Of a stretch of 64,000 nucleotides of DNA, positions 38,121 to 50,075 are shown piece by piece. Under the pieces are notes generated by a model that did no database searches, was not told where the DNA came from, and saw only the letters and a program-made list of their open reading frames with translations. The stretch is taken from positions 1 to 64,000 of the forward strand of contig NIVC01001373.1 in NCBI GenBank assembly GCA_002269645.1, written 5' to 3'. Position numbers and translations under genes: made by a program. Each line of letters begins with the position of its first letter. The first letter of the stretch is position 1. This DNA comes from Macrostomum lignano (taxonomy: Eukaryota).

Positions 38121-41097
38121 CACTGTGCACTGGATTAATCCTGCACTGCACACCATCGAGCTCAGAGCAGTGCTGTACAGTCCTCACAGCACTCAGCGGT
38201 GCTTCCGCCCGGCCACCTGCTTATCTCCTAGCGAGTTCAAGCTCTCTCCCTGCCACAGCTAATCCGTGGGAGCCAGGTGTGTTGGCCGGCCTTCCTATTC
38301 CTCCGCCTAAATTTATTCTCTTCCCCCAACGCTGATCGGGACTCGAGAGCCGAGAAGTATGATAAAAATTCAAGGGGAATCAGAATGAATAGGCAGGAGG
38401 GTGTGAAAAAACACGCCGCCATCAGCCGCAGACTCGCTGATGCCGGTTCACGTGGACAAACAATGACTCACTCGTGTCTCCGCCCTCGGTCCCCCCTCTC
38501 TCTCCCATGTGCTGCCGGCGCACTTGTTCACGCCTCATTTCATTTCCCATCTCTGGAGTTCCGGAACGAAATCCGAATTGAGGCGCCGGAGAGGCGCTGC
38601 TCTGATCCTCCCCTAGTCAGCTCAAACAGACTCCCCTCCACCCGATCAAACTCTCATTTCCCACAACTTCCCATATTCCCATGCAACAGCGCAGCTGCCG
38701 CCCCCCGACCTTCTTTCACAGCCGTGCCAATTTCCCACAGTTGACACCTGTAGACATGAAATTTTCTTGCTGCCTCAATAAAGTTCATGGCTGCACAAGT
38801 TGGCAAAGTATTGACCGAGAAAAGTAACGCGCCAGAGCCGTGACAGACTGAAGCAGCTTTGTAGTGCAGACCGGAGACGATAAGATCCTCAGTTGAAAAC
38901 AGAATTCATCCCCGAGAACAAGGGATCCGCATTTTGTGGGAACACCAAAATCCACCTCCCATTATTAGAAATGGAATTGAAATTCAGGGGAGTATGAGCT
39001 GAAGAGGTCGGGCGGATTCTCAAAGCCGACAGGCAGAGGGGTCTCTGAGTGCATGAATTCCCATTTTGATTTTCGTGCTCAACAAGCCTCCCTATTTTGC
39101 GATTCATGCCATCTTTTTTGCGAGAGCCAATCTGCCTGTCCCTTTCTCGCCAGCCCTATTCCGGCCTTCATTGCCTCGAGCGATCCAACAGGCTCAATGA
39201 GTGTCTGCTCAGATTGCGAGAAGGCGAGACAGGACTGGAGAATAAGGGAGTGGAGAGATGGGAACAGAGATGCCTCTCGGATGCCAGTTTGCCCGCCATG
39301 CTCGCTCTGGCTCACGATGAAGGAGAAGGGGAGGCTGCGGAGACTGAGAAGAATGTTGACTCAGTCAAAAAGCTCCAAAAAGCTCTCCCCCCCCCCCGAT
39401 CTCATTTCAGAGAGCTGGAAAGAGAGGCAGTGAGACACAGGGACCAGGGAGAAGTGTTGTGTGTTGTCACGTAGGATCTGGGTTGTGGGGGGGGGGGCTT
39501 TGGGATTATTGCAGACGATGAGCCCTTCCCTCTCTTCACTCATATACGTCCTGCTCCCAACGCCGTCCCCCCCTTTTGCTCGCCGTCGCCGCGTGCGCTG
39601 GTGCTGCGAACTTCCAGTGTGGAAGAAAACTTTCAAGAAGCAAATCCGCTCTCCAGCCCCCACGAGAGCAAGTCCGGGTGGATGCGCCCGGACTGTTTGG
39701 ACTAATAAAATATCTGAGAAATGACTGCGGATTGCCGCGGACTGGGCTCGGAGAGAGAAGGCAAAGCATATCAAAGAAAATGTGGCAAACGCGATGAAGG
39801 CCTTGATTAGTTTTCTGTCTTGCATCCTTTATCTTCTTTTTTGACTATTTCTCCTTCTCGTCTTTCTTTATTTGCTCGAAGCAGGGGCCGAGGAGAGGGG
39901 AAATTCTTGTCTTGTTTGAAATCCCCGACTGCTATGCTGAGCTTAGCGGCTCAATGCTCGCTCCCCGATCCCCTGGCATGGGGGCGGCTGGTATGAGAAA
40001 ATGATGAAGAAGCCGGAGTGGCCGCTGAATGGTCAACAAATCTTCAAGTCTCAGGGCCGTGACTTTCACGAAAACCTGACTGAGATGGGATGAATGAAAG
40101 AAGGAGATGGGAAGAGAGCGGAAACAGAGGTGGGAAGAGGGGGGTATAGATATGCCGGTGAGATAAGAAGAGAGGATAGATGTGGTAGTGAGAGTTAGAC
40201 AGGAGCGGAGTGAGACCGGGAGAGCTAATCATAGTGCGGTAAAGACCAAGAGACATAAGTCAGAAAATATTCGAGTGCGACACTTAGAAGGGTGAGATGG
40301 ATTAGAGTAGAAATGTGCCGGGGAGAGTGTCGAGTGAGCGAGAGACGGGGAGGCCCGGGATGGGAGCGCAGGAAGGCAGGGGGCATCTCAGAGATGATGA
40401 GCTACTCGGAGCAGTTGGCCCGATTGTATTGAAGCGCCCCCACTTTGATCAATAATCTGTCCGAAGGCTTTCGGGTTAGCGTTAATGGTCCCGCCCGCCC
40501 CCCCCCCTCATTTCCCCTTTCCAGCCCCTCAGTCACTCCCGCCTCTCAGCTCCTCCTGCCGGGAACATTCTTCGCCCCCTTGCAGTGTTTATCCCATCCT
40601 TCAAGTCCCCCCGACCACTCCAGCCTCCTTCCGTCGCAAGCCGCCCCATATCCTCACGCGCTCTCCCCGCCCGCTTTCTGTATATTTTTTCACATCCTTT
40701 TTCGCCTTCATCTTCTTCCCAAACTGCGCCCCCGAACTGCTGGACCCAGAGGGGGGCCTCTGGTTAAATAAGAGAAAGATGGAGCAGGGAAGCTGACCTA
40801 GATGGTTTAACAAGATAGGGGAAGCCGTGTGGATTGGTTGCTCGCGTGCAATTTTTTTTAAAAGCAGTCTTTTAGCGAGCAGCCAGTTGAAGCAAAAATT
40901 TGCCGCTTTGTCGAAAATCAAAATAAAGACACGTCGATGAGCCTGATGATAAAGATTGGGGTGGGACTGCGAAATGGGCTTGTCAGTAGCGCTCCAACCC
41001 ACATGGGGTGGCGTTGCACTGCGCTTGAGCGGCTTCGCATTTCGGTTGCGACTTTCCATCGTCCCATGCAGTTCAAAGTCCATCTTCTCTTCAGCCT

Positions 41098-41147
41098 CAG
41101 CTGCAGTTCAGCTGCAGTTCAGCTGCAGTTCAGCTGCAGTTCAGCTC
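41098..41147. repeat. 11-bp repeat CAGCTGCAGTT, about 4.5 copies
   Basis: CAGCTG at 41098, 41109, 41120 and 41131. Confidence 0.9.
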
Positions 41148-42479
41148 CGAACTTGTCCAACAATATGTCAAACTGGATTTCGCAGCCAATTTCCCCACAA
41201 GGTTGCCAACTCTTCATCCAGGGTTAAACAGTGTGCCGCTTGACCCTTCCACCTCCCTAAAGTCAGATCCCAGCAAAGACGAAATAAAGACGAAATTAAT
41301 TAGCAACCAGCCCCTTATTGCATAATCGGGCATTCGAACATTTTAAACGCAGTGAGGGAAATTGTGACAGAAGTTGGAAATGCAAAGAGGCGCGGTTGAA
41401 GCAGCTGGAAACAGTCAGGTTGACTTTGCTCAAAGCAGCGGCTTTTGAAGGCCTGAGCGCCTGCCTCAGGCTGCATGCCCCTCCCACAGCCTTGGGGGGG
41501 GGGGGGCAGAAGACTACACGAACAAACTTCTGCCCACCGTCTTTCCTCCTTATCATCTCTCCCGCTGATCCAAAAAGCCTCCCTCTCTTCATATTTCCCA
41601 GTCTCATTGCCGCGAATTTCTCAGTTGCTCAGCTCCGGGCAGCAGAAATCGATTTCTCCCCAGATAGCGATGTGATTCGGTCGCATACGCAGCTCGAGGG
41701 GTAGGCGGCAGCTCGTTGCTGAGAAGCCTCGGCCTGATGAGGCAGATAGGTGCAACGGGATAGACGGATGGGAAGAAGAAGCGGTTTGGGATTTCCGCCG
41801 GGTAAGCCGATCCAAATGCGATAATGAGCTATGGAAGAAGCTTTTTGAGAAGCCGCCCTCCCCCTTCTCTGCAGCTCTGTGCTGCATCCGATTTCCTGTA
41901 TCCCCCAACAGCTGAAAGAAGAGACAAGGAAAATGAGGCGCCCCTTGAGTTTGACCTCCTTCCCCTCCTGTTCAATCCACTGCAGCTAGCGGTCAATGAC
42001 TTCCAGCTCTGCTCAGAGCCACCCCATGCTCACCCTGTCATTGTGCTCATTTATTCTGCCAAATGATATAACTGGGTATGCTGGCTAAGTTAGTTCTGGA
42101 ACCTGCTAACTGCAATGCGCTCAGAGTGGTGTTACTCAACCCCCTCCAAGTCACACTAACTCCATGCTTTATTGAATTGAATATTGAGGCATTGAATATC
42201 CCAGTGGGGTGGCAGGCAGCTCACACACGCGCTTACTAAGCTCACAGTGAAGCTCCTGGCAGCAGCTGTGAGGACCACTTTAGTTAATTAATTATTGTCA
42301 CACTCGTACAGCACTATGAGAGCAGTGTACTTGTGAGATGCGCATAGCTGAGCTCATTCTGCTGTCCGCTTCTCTCTTTAACCAAAACAAATTGCCCTGA
42401 GGAATTTTCTCCGCGGTCACTGCAAGTCCAACATTGTAGTCACTGCTTGTGTGGATCAACCCTAGCCTAATTTAGCCAG

Positions 42480-42695
42480 CTTTACTCAACCTTACTTAAA
42501 TTTACTGAGCCTTACTCAACCTGACTCAGCCTTATCTCAACATTAATCAACCTTACTCAATTCCTTACTTAACCTTACTCAACCCTACTCAACCTTACTA
42601 ACATCAACCTTACTCAACTTCAACCAACCTTACTCAAAACCTTATTTAGCCTTTACTCGATTTCAGTCAACCTTACTCGACTTAACTCAACCTTC
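42480..42695. repeat. Degenerate 10-bp AACCTTACTC repeat
   Basis: Direct reading. Confidence 0.8.
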
Positions 42696-44411
42696 ACATC
42701 CGCTCATTTTCCCTCTTGCTTTGCTGGGCCACTCAAATCGAAGCTGGCAAAGCTAGAATAAGGAAGTGATTCTGTCTCGCATCGTCCTTTATTACCTACC
42801 TGCTCCACGCCTCTATTAGGACTAAGGGGACTAGGGCGGGATCGCTATCTCTCTCCCCCTCTCTTCAGCAACAAAAAAAGCAGGCGGGGAGGTTCGGGCT
42901 CGGGGGCTTCCTTTAATTAGTGTCTTCGAAGTTCCGTGAGCTCCATTTCCAGCTCTTTGTTCTTTGGCGACAGTCTGACAAAGTGAGCAGGGGGTGGGTG
43001 AGCAGCGGACAGGAGGCCCTCAGCAGTATCAAGGCTGCTGACAAAGGAAAATCGGCTCGTTTTTAACCCTAACCGGAGTTCTTTCATTCTACCTTTAGGC
43101 AATCGCGAATCACATACCGGGGGCAAAGCGAAAACTGGACTATTTTTCCGCACTCGCTTCTCTTTCTCTGGGTGGCACTCAAGACCGCTCGGGCGAACGC
43201 GGGAAGGGGAATATTAAGGGGGGGGTGTCTTTTTTAGCTCGCGATCGACTGGAGACTGAGTGATGCTTATAGGAGAGGCTTATTCAAGGCTTTACGCATG
43301 CGTCTGGAACGGAATGAAAGAAAACTGGGGCTGTCCAGCTTAATGTATAGGAAGGGCTCAAGCACACATGACTAGCGTTTCTTATTTACGCTCTGTTTGT
43401 CAAATTTTATAGGCGTGTAATTAATTCCAATTGACTCGGTTTCCCACACGGTAGAAAAATAATACAGTTATGGGTAGCACCTGGCTGAAAAAGGCTGTTG
43501 CTATTTATCAGTAAAGGTTGCTTCCCACAGCAGAAATTCCTACTCTAGTTACTAGAGCATAGAAACTAGAAAATTGTATTGCACAGCTGAGGAAACGACT
43601 CTCACAGTCCACCTCTCTCGACTCTCTAGCTTCCTCTCAAAGAATTAGGAGCCAGGAGCGCAAGCGTTGCCTGCTCTCTACTGAATCTACGCATGAACCA
43701 AGGGAAAGAAAAAATAGAAGCGCAGGTTTGCTTAGACTTTGCTTTGCTTAGCAATTTTCTCTTTACCACGTGACTGACGAGTTGTGGTTAGACTGCGGGT
43801 GAGAGATTCATGGGGGAGTGTCAATGTACATCACTTGCAAATGAGAGAAACTCAATGTACATACTAGAATTAACACGCGCTGTGTGTACAAACCTAAATT
43901 GTCTATAGTCTAACCCTACAGCTTGGTCAGCCCTTATTGGCTCTGTCCTGGGGACCACGCAAACAAGCTGAAAGGCAAGGTTAGTGCATCCCATTTATTA
44001 GTGAAATGGGCAGGGCCTATGTACATTCGTCTTATCGACCTTGGAGTTTTTCAGTTCTAAGTTAGAGCTATTTTCTACCCACGTGGCGGGAATCCTCGCT
44101 GAATGGCCAATGAGGAGGCGGCCCTGGCCATTCAACCCCCACGCGAAATCTTCCTTTCCTACCCACGCTTTGCGAGGGGGGGGGGTATAAAAATCTCAAC
44201 TCTCTTCAGTTCGACGCAATCAATTAAGCGCGCATCAGTCTCTCACTTGCCCAGGGCGGAGCCCCTTTCTTCTGCTGGTCTGCTTTTTCCTTATTCACTT
44301 CTCAAGCCTCCTCTTTTTAATTCTTTATTTTACTATTTTATCATTTTATTACGGATCCTCATTTTTTTATTTCTCGCTGATTTTCAAGCGACTGCTTTTT
44401 TTATTGATTTT

Positions 44412-47400
44412 ATGAAAATCATGCGCGGCAATGGAAACAAAGCTAGCGGGTACAGCAGCAACGGACTCGTGATGCTATACGAGGCGGCTATGCTCATTGA
44501 GCAGCAATCTTCCATATTGCAGAAGCCAGCAACATCAGTACCTCAATCAGCTCGTAAGTTATCTCTGATCTGTATTTTTTATTACCATAATAGGCTTTCG
44601 GTTAACACGCAGGCACCATAACAAAGCAGTCCCCCCTCCTTGGCCTTCAGTTGCCAGCCGACAAACGCGCGACATCATCAGCGACAGCCTCCAGCACACA
44701 GTTAGAGCGGCCCCGGTCGTCATGTCGCCGTCGCAGCAGCAGCAGCAGCGGCACCAGCCGCCTAGCAACGGGTTCCGTGTGCCCACCGGCACCGCTATTC
44801 GAGTCCCAATCGGATCGGGCAGTCGAGTCAGACTCGAACCAGCTGGAACACCGGCATCCTGGTCCTCTACTTCAGGTGTCGCTGCGAATTCCGCCGCCGC
44901 CGCCGCCGCCGCCGCCGGCTTGCCGTCGAGGCCGCCGCAGTCTCTGCTGCAGCAGCAGCACCGCCGCACAGTCCAGTCTGTCAGCAGTCGCTCCTCGCAC
45001 AACGAACTTGAAAAGAACAGGCAAGCATTGGAGCTAATTTGCATTTGCTTCTTCATCTTAGAGATACAGGTCTGGCCAAGACACCCTGGGTGGGCCTACA
45101 GTCTGTCTGTGTAGCATGAGCTTGCATCGTATCGAGGAGAAATAAGAAGTGCAAACCGCACTGCACGATGAGTTTGCAGCGTGGGCACTTGCAACAATGT
45201 GCATGCTGCTTTTATGCACAGTCTAGAACTACACGCTATACTGTCTTTAGCATGCTCGGTTCTCAGCTTAGCCAGCAAGTGTCTCTTTCAGTCTGCGTCT
45301 GGGGCACGCCCACACGATTTTTTTTAGCTCGGGCCCATAAGGTAATAGGGCTTGGTCTGTGTCTTCTAGCAGATACCATAATGTTATAAAAACTAAACTT
45401 TTTATAACCCTGGAGTTATAAAACTCCAGGTTAGGTATCCAAGGTAGCCAAGTGGGTTATGGGCTGAAAAGCGGAGAAATAAGCAGAAACCTAGCACTAT
45501 TATTCATCTCTTGTGCTGTTGAACTGCTCTTTGCCTCTGAATTAATTGGTTTTAGCTTGAACTATGAGCAGCAAGTCGAGTCAGATATTCGATTCTAATT
45601 ACAGTCCACTATACTAAAAAATGATCAGGGGGGTCATTTTTTAGGTAAGGGGGTCAACTGACCTCCCCCTGATGAGGGAGTAAACTGACCTCTGTTGAGG
45701 AGGTCAACTGACCTCCCCTTATAAAGATCAGCTAACCTATACCCTTTGCCATGTGTTGCCAAACCTGCTGGCTAAAGGTTTGTAATTTTGCAATTTCAAG
45801 GCGCGCTCATCTGAGACAGTGCCTGGACTCGCTGAGAGACCAGCTGCCCATGTGTCCGGGCCAGGCCAACAGACTAACCATGCTGAATGTGCTCAACCGA
45901 TCGCACAGTTATCTCAAGGTGAGAACTCCTAACTCAGTGTTGTTTGTGCTCATTATTGGAAATTAATCCTAACATGCTTTCCATGTGTTTGGGTGGTTTG
46001 TTTCTACCATCGGGTTTTGAGATCCGCGCATGGATTCTGGGGGGGGGTGGAAACTATCGCGAAAAACTGCGCTCAGGCCTGGGGCTTTGGGAAAACAAAC
46101 TAGCTAGCTATATATAAATAAGATAGAAAAAGATGAAGCAGAATAAGAATAAGTAAGGGAGGAGGCTGGCTTCCTCATCAAGTTTTTGGGCTGGGCCGTA
46201 TGGCCACAGTTTCGACTGGTCTAAAGAGAGAGAGAGAGAAGGGAAAGGGAGAGTGAGAGGAGAGTGGAGGAGCGCTGCAGAGGGGAAGCCAGGGGGAGTA
46301 TGTCGGCAGAGGATGCTGTGGGAAGGCCAGGGTTTACATCAATCTTGCAGAAAGAAGCGAGGCCCCCCAACTCCCCCATCGGCCCTTCTCTCCCGCCCGC
46401 TGCTTATTGACTAAATTCAATTTTTCTTCTTTCTTCCACCCTGCTTGCTGTCGCAGCCCTTCTCGAGTCTCCAATGCTTCTTCTCTAGGGGGAGGCCGCC
46501 GCATCTCCGCTTCCCTCTGCCTCCCCAGGATCCCCTTGGGACAGCTCTGCTCCTTCTTGAGCTCCTCCTTTCCCCTGTCCAATGCCCACAGCATCTTCCT
46601 CTCCTCCTCCTCGCCAACCCCCTTGTTCGAGTCGTCTTGCTAGTTATTTTTTTCTTTTCTCTCTCTTCAGCTTTTATTTCTGCTTCTATCCCCGGCTTAT
46701 GCTGCAAAGCTTCTTTCTTCTGTCACTTTCTAGCGAGTGCGGCTTCAAGAGGCTTTTTTTCCGGCTCATTTGGGAGTCCAATTGTAGACGGGAGACTCTG
46801 CTCAGAGATTGGAGAAAACTAGGGAGATAGGGATGGATCGATTGAGCATTGTTAGCAACTCAGTTGGATCCCATGATGTCCCATGTCCGTATCCCTAATT
46901 ATGGGTGGTAGTGTGAGTCATGTACCTGGGCTGACTGGCTTATTGCCATAGTGTAAAATCATTTCTCCCAGCTTTATAACGAGCGTCACGTTATCCCAAC
47001 TGGCGTGGCAGTGTGTCAACACCCTGGGCATGCGAAGGGAGGCGGTGGCATTGAGTGGGTTTAACAACAAAAGCTTTGAAGCTTTAGCTCTAGCTCCTAA
47101 AAATGCCACTTCCTAAATCTCCCCGGGAATTCTCTGCCCCCTCTCCCACTTGACTGTAATCACAAGCGGCGCGATGAAGGAAGACGGGAAATGGGGGGGG
47201 GGGGTTGGGTGGCTAGGGGTTGAGTTTGTGGCGCGCATGCGTGCAGCGGCCGTATAGGGGGATTTCTCCCTGTCAGCCCTGAGTGCTGGGGACCTTTGCG
47301 GGCCTGCCTCCCACTTGACTGGCTGGGACGTGGCCAGTCCGGCGTTACCCAGCTGAATATGCGGCGTGGCAGGTTTACAGCCCGCTGCTGCCGCCGCCGC

Positions 47401-49574
47401 CGCCGCTTTGAAAGGTGGATGGGGGGGTTGGCTTCTCTTGGAGGCAGATTAGGAGCGGTCAGAACGCGAAAATCTCCCCAAGTAGTCAGTCACAATAACT
47501 GCCGAACTAGTAGTAGTAGGGGGAGGGAGACGCCGTTCATACGTTCCCCCGGCCGTTATTGCGCGCCCCAGCTGGTTTATAATGCCGATTGGCTGCTGAA
47601 CAGTTTGCGAGTGTCAGGCAAGCGTCAACTGATCAGGATGAAGGAGGCTGGGGGGTTAACTGTAAAGCTTCAGGTAGATTGTGCTATAGGCTTTGTCAGT
47701 AGGCAGTATTAATTGCGCGGCATAAAATATGTTACGCAGCTGGTGATTACTAATTTCCCGCATCTCGCAGCGAATACGCAGCCATGGGCAGCTGCACTTA
47801 TCTCTATTCAATACCCGCTGTGCTCTGCTGGGCAGGCAGGCTGATTTTCTATAACCGCCTGAAAGCTCTTTTATTAAGCAGCGGGGAGGCGGAGGAGGGC
47901 TTATCGGGACGCGGGGATCTCGGCCTGGTAAACAGTAGCAGCAGCAGCCGCAGTCCCGCCAGTTCACCGATCTGTGCGGGACTTCTGGCTGTAAAATCAA
48001 ATTGTGCGCGTCGGTGGTTTAAAGGGCTGGCGGCTGCATAGGCGGGAAGGATGTTGGACTATAGTTTTGCCTATCAAAACCAATGCGAATAGGGAACTTG
48101 ATCCTCGGCGGCCGGCTCTTGTTGGGGAAGGGAATTAGATGGGAATTAGCAGACTGGCTGTAGATTAAATTGGCTTTATATAGCAGGGATTAGAGTTTTC
48201 TCTGCATGTCGTGTATATAGATAAATTGCATAGATAATTCCTTGTGGCTGCTAATTAGCATGTCTGCTATCTGGCAGCCACTGACTTGTGCGTCTCTGCG
48301 TCTCTTATCTCATTTTCTGATCAAACTATTCTCCTAACTGGATGAATCTGATCTCATGCTAATCTAGTCTCCAATCTCATACCAACCTTAGTCTCCAATC
48401 CAGACCAATCTAGTCTCCATTCTCAGACCAATCTAGTCTCCAATCTCAGACCAATCTAGTCTCCAATCTCAGACCAATCTAGTCTCCAATCTCATACCAA
48501 CCTAGTCTCCAATCCAGCCCAATCTAGTCTCCAATCCAGCCCAACCTAGTCTCCAATCTCATACCAACCTAGTCTCCAATCTCAGACCAATCTAGTCTCC
48601 AATCTCATACCAACCTAGTCTCCAATCTCAGACCAATCTAGTCTCCAATCTCATACCAACCTAGTCTCTAATCTCAGCCCAATCTAGTCTCCAATCCAGA
48701 CCAATCTAGTCTCCAATCTCAGACCAATCTTGTCTCGAATCTCAGATCAATCTTGTCTCGAATCTCAGACCAATCTTGTCTCCAATCTCAGCCCAATCTT
48801 GTCTCCGATCCAGACCAATCTAGTCTCCAATCTCATACCAACCTTAGTCTCCAATCCAGCCCAATCTAGTCTCTAATCTCAGCCCAATCTTGTCTCCAAT
48901 CTTAGCCCAAAATATAGTCTCCAATCTCAGCCCAATCTAGTCTCCAATCTCATACTAATCTAGTCTAGAATCTCAGCCCAATCTAGTCTCCAATCTCATA
49001 CTAATCTAGTCTAGAATCTCAGACCAATCTTGTCTCCAATATCAGACCAATCTTGTCTCCAATCCAGACCAATCTAGTCTCCAATCTCATACTAATCTAG
49101 TCTACAATCTCATACTAATCTAGTCTCCAATCTTAGCCCAATCTAGTCTCCAGTCTCAGACCAATCTAGCCTCCAGTCTTAGACCAATCCAGTCTCCAAT
49201 CTCAGCCCAATCTAGTCTTCAATCTCAGCCCAATCTAGTCTCCAATTTCAGCCCAATCTAGTCTCCAATCTCAGCCCAATCTAGTCTCCAGTCTCAGCCC
49301 AATCTAGTCTCCAGTCTCAGACCAATCTAGTCTCCAATCTCAGCCCAATCTTGTCTCTAATCTCAGACCAATCTAGTATCCTATCCATACTAATCTAGCA
49401 TCTATTCTTTACCGCGCCAATTTGCAGGAGCTGCAGAGTCGCAGCAGCGAGCAGGCTAATCAGCTTTCAGTAGCCCAGCGCCGCCAGAAGGAGCTGCTGG
49501 TACGTCGGGACCAGATGCGCCGCAACCTGCGCACTCTTCGGCGCCAGCTCACAGCGGCCAAGTCCGCCAAGAAA

Positions 49575-49610
<36 letters not shown>

Positions 49611-50015
49611 TCGGCCGCAAGCAACAATTCATCGGACGCTTGGCGATGTCGAAATGTTTCGGAAATTTCCGCCGCATCTGCAAGCTCAGGTGAGAGAACG
49701 CATTTTAGTCGCTTAGCAACAATATGAGCTATTATCACATTGCTTGGATAATTACCAATCGAGGCCTGACCTGCCGCTAACCTAACCCGAATTGCTTAAC
49801 ATTTCGTCAGGTTTATATTTAGACCAGTGAGGTTTTGTAAAAAATAAATTCTAGACATTATAGAAAACTGTCTCGGGGGTGGGGTTAGTAACAAGCTAAA
49901 TAAAGAGCTGCATGGTATCTGTGTGGGGCTCGTTTAACTGCGTGCCCGCCAACATTATCGGGTTTGTGGCTTCTTCTCTGCTTGCGCTGCACTCTTCTGC
50001 CACAAGCATTTCTGG

Positions 50016-50075
<60 letters not shown>

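Noticed and set aside
38200-43200. Numerous 60-160-aa ORFs upstream of MXD
   Set aside because: No domain motifs and no phase-consistent splice chain; low-complexity purine/pyrimidine tracts explain them.
47350-47420. Possible alternative MXD exon in a CpG-rich part of intron 3 (GCC run, AAG|GTGGAT)
   Set aside because: Weak donor, no clear acceptor, and no family similarity.
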